Assembly (NCBI GenBank): GCA_943789445.1
Contig: CALSUC010000001.1
Location: forward strand, 468,758-532,757
Length of the DNA stretch: 64,000 nt
Direction: 5' to 3'
Source: an uncultured Gammaproteobacteria bacterium
GTDB lineage: Bacteria; Pseudomonadota; Gammaproteobacteria; UBA4575
Positions 58,306-64,000 of this stretch are shown here, one piece after another (positions within the stretch are counted from its first letter, which is position 1; each line of letters opens with the position of its first letter). Position numbers and translations under genes: made by a program. The notes below the pieces were generated by a model. That model was not told where the DNA came from. It ran no database searches and worked only from the letters and a program-made list of their open reading frames with translations.

Positions 58306-59649
58306 TTAGTTTTTTCCATTGGAGGCTAAGTATTCCTTAGTCACTGCAAAAATTACTGGGCTTAGTAAGGCTAGGGCGATCAAGTTCGGCAGAGCCATAA
58401 AGCCATTCATGACATCGGCTAAGACCCAAATTAGATTGACCTTGAGGAATGCGCCCATAAAAATCGCCACAATCCAGAGTATGCGGTAAGGCAGAATGAT
58501 GCCTTTACCAAATAGATAGCTAGCGCAGCGCTCACCGTAGTAGCTCCAGCCCAAGATAGTGGTGAAGGCAAAGATAACCAAGCCAAAGGTGATGATGTAT
58601 TCGCCAAAGGGTAGGAGGTTGCCGTAGGCCATACTAGATAAGCTAGCGCCGGTTTCACCGCTGGTCCAGACGCCACTAATGATAATAACTAAGGCGGTCA
58701 TGGTGCAGATAACGAGTGTATCGATGAAGGTGCCCAGCATAGCAATCAAACCCTGACGTACGGGGCTGTTTGTCTGTGCTGCTGCATGTGCTATCGGTGC
58801 GCTACCGAGGCCGGCCTCATTCGAGAAGATACCACGTGCAATTCCCATTTGAATGCCCATCATGACGGCAGCACCAGCAAAGCCACCAGTTGCGGCAGTG
58901 CCGTTAAAGGCACTATCAACGATCATGGCGAGGGCAGTCGGCACCTCGGAAAAATTTGAAATAATAATCAGCAACGAGCCAGCGATATAAATTAAGGCCA
59001 TAAATGGCACTAATTTACCGGCGACTATGCCGAGTCGTTTGATGCCACCTAAGATAACCAGCGCGGTTAAGACAGCGATGATACCGCCAGTGAGGTGATG
59101 CTCGACCTGGAAGTTGCTGTACATAGCGGCCGCTACGGAATTGGACTGCACCATGTTGCCAATGCCAAAAGCTGCAATCGTGCCAAACAAGGCAAATAAG
59201 AAGGCTAACCAGCCCCAACCTGCACCTAGGCCATTTTTGATGTAATACATTGGGCCACCAACATACTGACCATTGTCATCGGTTTCACGGTACTTAACGG
59301 CGAGCACTGCTTCACCATACTTGGTTGCCATACCTACTAAGGCGGTGATCCACATCCAAAAGATAGCCCCTGGCCCACCGATGAAAATAGCGGTAGCCAC
59401 ACCCGCAATATTACCGGTGCCGACAGTGGCGGACATGGCGGTCATTAGGGCATTAAAGGGAGAGATTTCACCATCACCAGTCGCCTTGCGGCTAGCGATT
59501 AATTGACGGAAGGCGTAAGGGATTCTGCGCCAAGGCAGAAGCTTTAGGCCCAGTGATAGATAGATGCCAACGCCTAGCAGTAGGACTAGCGTAAAGGGAC
59601 CCCAGATGAAAGAACTAAGGGTGTTGAGTAGTGCCATGAATGCTTCCAT
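58306..59649 (-). CDS. sodium:alanine/glycine symporter (AGCS family)
   Basis: ATVGTGNIAGVA, GGPGAIFWMW, GGPMYYI, RGIFSNEAGLGSAPIAHA. Confidence 0.95.
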   Translation of the reverse strand: MEAFMALLNTLSSFIWGPFTLVLLLGVGIYLSLGLKLLPWRRIPYAFRQLIASRKATGDGEISPFNALMTAMSATVGTGNIAGVATAIFIGGPGAIFWMWITALVGMATKYGEAVLAVKYRETDDNGQYVGGPMYYIKNGLGAGWGWLAFLFALFGTIAAFGIGNMVQSNSVAAAMYSNFQVEHHLTGGIIAVLTALVILGGIKRLGIVAGKLVPFMALIYIAGSLLIIISNFSEVPTALAMIVDSAFNGTAATGGFAGAAVMMGIQMGIARGIFSNEAGLGSAPIAHAAAQTNSPVRQGLIAMLGTFIDTLVICTMTALVIIISGVWTSGETGASLSSMAYGNLLPFGEYIITFGLVIFAFTTILGWSYYGERCASYLFGKGIILPYRILWIVAIFMGAFLKVNLIWVLADVMNGFMALPNLIALALLSPVIFAVTKEYLASNGKN

Positions 59650-59811
59650 TACTATCTCCAAGTGTGTTCTTTATAGGCGAACTTTTTATTCTTCTTTTTG
59701 CAGCATGCCGGAGCCGGCTATGCAAAATCAAGTTGAAGAGGTTTTTTCATCTTATTGGATGCGACGGCTAATGGATTTTCGATCTGTTGTGATAGATGTT
59801 GCTATGGCTGT

Positions 59812-60717
59812 TTATTGCGCCAACAAGAGGAATTCAATCAAGGCTTTTTGAGCATGTAGGCGATTACCGGCTTCATCCCAAACGACGCTTTGAGGGCCTT
59901 CTAACACCTCAGTGCTGACCTCTTCATCGCGATGGGCAGGCAGGCAATGCATAAACAAGGCATCGCTATTCGCTTGTTGCATTAGGTGACTATTTACTTG
60001 GAATTTGCTGAAGGCTTTTTCGCGTAATTTTTGTTCTTCTTCCTGTCCCATGCTCGCCCATACGTCGGTGACGATGAGGTCTGCATTGCGTGCAGCTTCT
60101 TCTGCATTATGGAAGATCTCGACCTGTGTGCCAGCTGAGGCGACTATGGTGCTGTCTGGCGAATAGCCTTCCGGACAGCCAATGTTAAGTTTAAAGCCCA
60201 GCTGTTTGGCGGCATTGATATACGAGTGGCACATATTATTACCATCACCTATCCAGGTGACAGTAGCACCCGCGATAGAGCCGCGATATTGATACCAGGT
60301 CTGCATGTCTGCCAATAATTGGCAGGGGTGATAGAGGTCGGTCAAACCATTGATTACCGGGATGTCTGAGTTTGCCGCATAGCGTTCTACCGTGGCGTGC
60401 TCAAAGGTACGAATCATAACGATATCGACCATGCGTGAGAGGACACGAGCGGTATCTTCTACTGGTTCGCCACGTCCCAATTGGGTGTCTTTAGATGAAA
60501 GGAACAGGGCATGGCCACCGAACTGCGCCATACCGGTCTCGAAAGAAACCCGGGTGCGAGTGGATGACTTGTCAAATAACATGGCCAGCGTTTTATTTGT
60601 AAAAGGTGCGTAGAGCTCATTCTTTAACTGTAGCGCTTTGAGCTCACAGGCGCGTTCAATCACACCCTGTAATTCAGCTGGGCTTAAATCGAGTAGAGTA
60701 AGAAAATGTCTGGCCAT
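59812..60717 (-). CDS. argF: ornithine carbamoyltransferase
   Basis: [23 protein letters not shown]. Confidence 0.97.
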   Translation of the reverse strand: MARHFLTLLDLSPAELQGVIERACELKALQLKNELYAPFTNKTLAMLFDKSSTRTRVSFETGMAQFGGHALFLSSKDTQLGRGEPVEDTARVLSRMVDIVMIRTFEHATVERYAANSDIPVINGLTDLYHPCQLLADMQTWYQYRGSIAGATVTWIGDGNNMCHSYINAAKQLGFKLNIGCPEGYSPDSTIVASAGTQVEIFHNAEEAARNADLIVTDVWASMGQEEEQKLREKAFSKFQVNSHLMQQANSDALFMHCLPAHRDEEVSTEVLEGPQSVVWDEAGNRLHAQKALIEFLLLAQ

Positions 60718-60719
60718 AA

Positions 60720-61901
60720 TTAATTAGATTGGCGTTCGGCAAAGATCTCGACACAGCGAGTCACACCTTCGGCAATCAGTTCCACTTGTTCGTTATCGAT
60801 AATCAACGGTGGTAATAGGCGAATCACGTTGCCTGCCGTAACGTTGAGTAGGAGTTTTTGTTCTAGAGCAATATCTACAATCTCAGCACAGGGCTGAGTT
60901 AACTCTATGCCAAGCATCATGCCTTGTCCTCGAATATTGTGACATAGGGGATGCTGACTTAAACGCTGTTTTAAGGTATTTAGTAACAGCTCAGATGTCT
61001 TTGTAACATGGCTTAGAAGCTGCTGCTGTTCGATCGTATCGAGTACGGCTAAACCGGCGGCACAGGCTAAAGGATTGCCACCAAAGGTGCTGCCATGATT
61101 GCCGGGTTTGAATAAGTCGTTAGCCTTAGTTCTAGTAAGGCAGGCACCAATAGGTACGCCATTACCTAAACCTTTGGCCGTTGTCATAACGTCTGGCAGG
61201 ATATTGGCCTGTTGATAGCCATACCAAGTACCTGTGCGTCCATTACCGGTTTGCACTTCATCAATCATCAGCAATAAATCATAGTCATCACAGATGGCGC
61301 GTAGCTGTGGCAGAAAGTCAGGTGATGGGATATGTATGCCACCTTCACCTTGAATCGGCTCGACCAAAATGGCACTCAGTTGTTTGTGTTGCGCGCAGAG
61401 CTGACGTATCGCACCAATATTATCGTAGTGCGCTCGTATGAAGCCTGGTACTAGGGGTTCAAAGCCAGCGTGTGCAGCTCGGTTTCCAGTGGCCGTTAAG
61501 GTGGCCATGGTGCGGCCGTGAAAACTGTTTTCGAATACTAGAGTATGCGGTTGCTGGATGCCCTTTCTATGGCCATGCATACGCGCAAGCTTGATAGCAG
61601 CTTCATTCGCTTCGGCACCAGAATTACAGAAGAAAACCTTCTCCATGCCACTGATCTCACAGAGGCGTATGCCGAGTTGTTCTTGTTTTTGAATGCGATA
61701 AATATTTGATGTGTGCACCAGTTTTTGCGCCTGTTCACTAAGCGCTGTGGCCACCGCTGGGTGGGCATGGCCCAAGCCGCAGACAGCAATGCCAGATAGT
61801 GCATCTAGATAACGCTCACCTTGCTCATCCCACAGCCAAGCCCCTTCACCATGGGTGAAACTAATTGCTTTGCGTGCATAGGTAGGCAGTAAGGCGTCCA
61901 C
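60720..61901 (-). CDS. argD: acetylornithine aminotransferase (probable GTG start at 61901)
   Basis: [38 protein letters not shown]. Confidence 0.92.
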   Translation of the reverse strand: MDALLPTYARKAISFTHGEGAWLWDEQGERYLDALSGIAVCGLGHAHPAVATALSEQAQKLVHTSNIYRIQKQEQLGIRLCEISGMEKVFFCNSGAEANEAAIKLARMHGHRKGIQQPHTLVFENSFHGRTMATLTATGNRAAHAGFEPLVPGFIRAHYDNIGAIRQLCAQHKQLSAILVEPIQGEGGIHIPSPDFLPQLRAICDDYDLLLMIDEVQTGNGRTGTWYGYQQANILPDVMTTAKGLGNGVPIGACLTRTKANDLFKPGNHGSTFGGNPLACAAGLAVLDTIEQQQLLSHVTKTSELLLNTLKQRLSQHPLCHNIRGQGMMLGIELTQPCAEIVDIALEQKLLLNVTAGNVIRLLPPLIIDNEQVELIAEGVTRCVEIFAERQSN

Positions 61902-61932
61902 GTATTTTCCTGATAGTTGTTCCGTTATAACC

Positions 61933-61962
61933 AAAAACGGCAGCGGAGAGCCGCTGCCGTTT
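61933..61962 (-). terminator. intrinsic terminator upstream of argD (a second hairpin lies at 62001-62025)
   Basis: 12-bp perfect stem AAACGGCAGCGG-AGAG-CCGCTGCCGTTT; T5 on the minus strand. Confidence 0.75.
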
Positions 61963-62038
61963 AATGATTATGCTATTAAATTACTTAATATTCTAGCATT
62001 TGGGGCCGTTACGTTAGCGGCCCCGATAAAGCCTATTC

Positions 62039-62533
62039 TTAAAAGACTAAGCCGTGACCATGACCGACCATGCACATTAGCATAGGGATGGACAATACAG
62101 TGTTGGTACGAGATGCAAGGAAGGCAACTTTCTTAGCAGTTGCTTTCTCAGCGTCAGAGGCTGGCTTAATGCCAAGTATTTTCTTCTGGTTTTGCCAGAT
62201 TGGGCCCCAAACGTTAAGCAACATGATAGTACCTAACCATGCGCCGATACCGATAACAGTGACACCGTCAGTAAAGAGCATATTAGTACCCAAGCCACCA
62301 ACATATTCCAAAGCGGCTGCGCCAGTGATCCAAGTAGCTAGTGCACTCCAGCGGAACCAAGCTAGTGCACGTGGTGCTATGTATTTGCCGATGGCAGCTG
62401 GGCCGGGGCCGTCAGTATCTGCAGTTGCAGCGGCGACTGCGCTAACTTGTACAAAGTTAAAGTAGTAAAGTAGTCCAATCCAGATGATGCCAACAAAGAC
62501 ATGCAGCCATACGGCTAGTGCAAAAGTGTTCAT
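62039..62533 (-). CDS. urate hydroxylase PuuD-like (DUF989) membrane protein, without a cytochrome c domain
   Basis: WLHV..GIIWIGLLYYFNFVQ, APRALAWFRW, IG.WLGTIMLLNVW..IW.NQKK, SRTNTVLSIPML. Confidence 0.85.
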   Translation of the reverse strand: MNTFALAVWLHVFVGIIWIGLLYYFNFVQVSAVAAATADTDGPGPAAIGKYIAPRALAWFRWSALATWITGAAALEYVGGLGTNMLFTDGVTVIGIGAWLGTIMLLNVWGPIWQNQKKILGIKPASDAEKATAKKVAFLASRTNTVLSIPMLMCMVGHGHGLVF

Positions 62534-62590
62534 AATCTAACTCCTGTAATTTTGATTATTAATGTTGTGCGATATACGCTAGCGAGGTGC

Positions 62591-62668
62591 CTAGACCAGA
62601 ATCATGATAATGATGGATAGGACGATGCCGGTAATGATTGTTCCTAATACGGAGTTCAATGGGTTCAT
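62591..62668 (-). CDS. 25-aa hydrophobic small ORF upstream of the PuuD-like gene (absent from the ORF track)
   Basis: MNPLNSVLGTIITGIVLSIIIMILV; GAGGT RBS 5 nt before the ATG. Confidence 0.65.
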   Translation of the reverse strand: MNPLNSVLGTIITGIVLSIIIMILV

Positions 62669-62741
62669 GTTTTACCTCGAGTAGTACAGTTTATTTTGTT
62701 GTTGTTTCGGGCGTGCTGAAAGCACATCCGACTAGCTCAAG

Positions 62742-62770
62742 ACCATAGAAGGTTTTGCCTCGAAAAACAA
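62742..62770 (-). promoter_or_regulatory. candidate sigma70 promoter for the small ORF/PuuD-like unit
   Basis: TTGTTT (62770-62765), 17 nt, TATGGT (62747-62742). Confidence 0.45.
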
Positions 62771-62868
62771 TAACAGACCTGAGTCGATAGAATCGGTTAT
62801 CAAATCTATTTCAGCGTATATGCTGACCTCAATTTAGTTCTTTAAAGTAAGGATAATATTCAGAGCCT

Positions 62869-64000
62869 ATGTGTGGAATTGGTGGCGAGCTGCGTTTTGA
62901 TTCGAAGGCAGTCGATAAAGATAAAATGAATAAGATGTTGTCACGTCTAGAACGGCGTGGCCCAGATTCAAGCGGTATCTATGTAAAGGAGAATGTCGGG
63001 TTAGTGCATCGACGTTTGGCCGTAATCGATCTGTCGAGTAGTAGCGCGCAGCCCTTATTTAATGCCGATTCAACATTGGCGATTGTGTTCAATGGCACGA
63101 TCTATAACTATCCTGAGTTACGCCGCGAAATGCAGGCGCTGGGTGTGCACTTTCAAAGCCAAGGCGATACCGAGGTCATTCTTAAGGCATTCGAGCTCTG
63201 GGGTGAGGCCTGTCTGAGTCGCTTGATCGGTATGTTTGCCTTCGCGATTTATGACTTAAGAAAAAAGCGCCTGTTTCTTGCCAGAGATCGGTTAGGCATT
63301 AAACCACTGTACTACAGTGTTGATCAGAAGCGCTTTAACTTTGCCTCTAATACGCAAGCCTTACTCGCTACAGGTGATATCGATATAAGTATTGATGCCG
63401 AGGCTTTACAGCATCAATTCACTTTGCATGCGGTAGTCCCAGCGCCACGCACCATTCTAAGAGGGCTACGTAAAGTAGAACCTGGGAGTTTTATTTGGGT
63501 TGATCAAGATGGAGTTAGTGCGGCGCAGTCTTACTGGGAATTGTCTGCAACCCGAGGTGAAGAAAGAAGCGAACAGGAATGGATTGAGCAGACGCGAGCA
63601 GCTTTGCAGCTAGCGGTTGATCGACGTAATGAGATCGCTGATGTGCCGGTGGGTGTATTGCTATCAGGCGGCTTGGATTCAAGTTTGCTCGTGGGTTTGT
63701 TGGCGCAGAGCCACGGTAGCGTAAAGACCTATTCGGTTGGCTTTGAAGATCAGCCGGAAGAACGTGGTAATGAATTTGAGTATTCCGATGCTGTAGTTGA
63801 GGCCTTTGCTACCGACCATCAGCGCCACTACATACCTAATGGTCAGGTTTTACAGCGACTACCTGAAGCGATTGCACATATGCCAGAGCCTATGGTGGCA
63901 CAAGACGCAGTGGCCTTTTATTTATTGGCTGAACAAGTCTCGCAAGATATTAAAGTGGTGCAGTCGGGGCAGGGCGCAGATGAACTGTTTGCCGGTTATT
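62869..64000 (+). CDS. asparagine synthase-family glutamine amidotransferase, probably the N-acetylglutaminylglutamine type (runs off the window end; absent from the ORF track)
   Basis: Ntn start MCGIGGELRFD, HRRLAVIDLS, FNGTIYNY.ELR, RDRLGIKPL, LSGGLDSS, KVVQSGQGADE. Confidence 0.92.
   Translation, partial: MCGIGGELRFDSKAVDKDKMNKMLSRLERRGPDSSGIYVKENVGLVHRRLAVIDLSSSSAQPLFNADSTLAIVFNGTIYNYPELRREMQALGVHFQSQGDTEVILKAFELWGEACLSRLIGMFAFAIYDLRKKRLFLARDRLGIKPLYYSVDQKRFNFASNTQALLATGDIDISIDAEALQHQFTLHAVVPAPRTILRGLRKVEPGSFIWVDQDGVSAAQSYWELSATRGEERSEQEWIEQTRAALQLAVDRRNEIADVPVGVLLSGGLDSSLLVGLLAQSHGSVKTYSVGFEDQPEERGNEFEYSDAVVEAFATDHQRHYIPNGQVLQRLPEAIAHMPEPMVAQDAVAFYLLAEQVSQDIKVVQSGQGADELFAGY

Noticed and set aside
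59650-59811. Glycine riboswitch upstream of the alanine/glycine symporter
   Set aside because: Core GGAGA...CCGAAG...CTCAGG elements are absent; only an imperfect palindrome (about 59696-59727) of unknown meaning is present
62735-62765. GGCAAAACC...GGT resembling a c-di-GMP-I riboswitch
   Set aside because: The downstream GACGCAAAGC and P2 elements are missing, and the segment is better explained as a promoter spacer

Overview
A 64 kb window of a gammaproteobacterial chromosome, mostly housekeeping blocks in Pseudomonas-like synteny: lolB-ispE-tRNA-Gln-prs-rplY-pth-ychF-tRNA-Met; rnr-rlmB-rpsF-rpsR-DUF2232-rplI-dnaB-alr; tsaE-amiB-[insert]-mutL-miaA-hfq-hflXKC-(yjeT pseudogene)-hisZ-purA; pcnB-folK-dNK-panB-panC-pgi; glnK-amtB; cmoAB; mazG; argD-argF-symporter-nadC. 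Two accessory loci stand out between tRNA-Met and alr. (1) 5.5-13.9 kb: a tightly coupled 8-gene envelope operon encoding a MotA/TolQ/ExbB-type proton channel, two TolR/ExbD-like partners that keep the channel Asp but carry MIDAS-type vWA domains, a PEGA plus non-catalytic FGE-fold membrane protein, a helical membrane protein, a lipoprotein, an acidic secreted protein, and a 40-aa signal-peptide micro-ORF (ending PVSFPVDI) missed by the ORF track. It looks like an uncharacterised PMF-driven trans-envelope machine. (2) 16.3-19.3 kb: a XylM/AlkB-type di-iron membrane enzyme with a Gln in its third His box, co-transcribed with two atypical GST-fold paralogs and a small membrane protein, behind an FNR box in class II geometry next to the fnr gene. 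Also found: unannotated small ORFs (34 aa in the usual panD slot; 25 aa ahead of a PuuD-like gene), a yjeT pseudogene, and a subtilisin lipoprotein beside tRNA-Leu. No CRISPR array, integrase or transposase was seen. All family calls come from motif recognition by eye, not from database searches.
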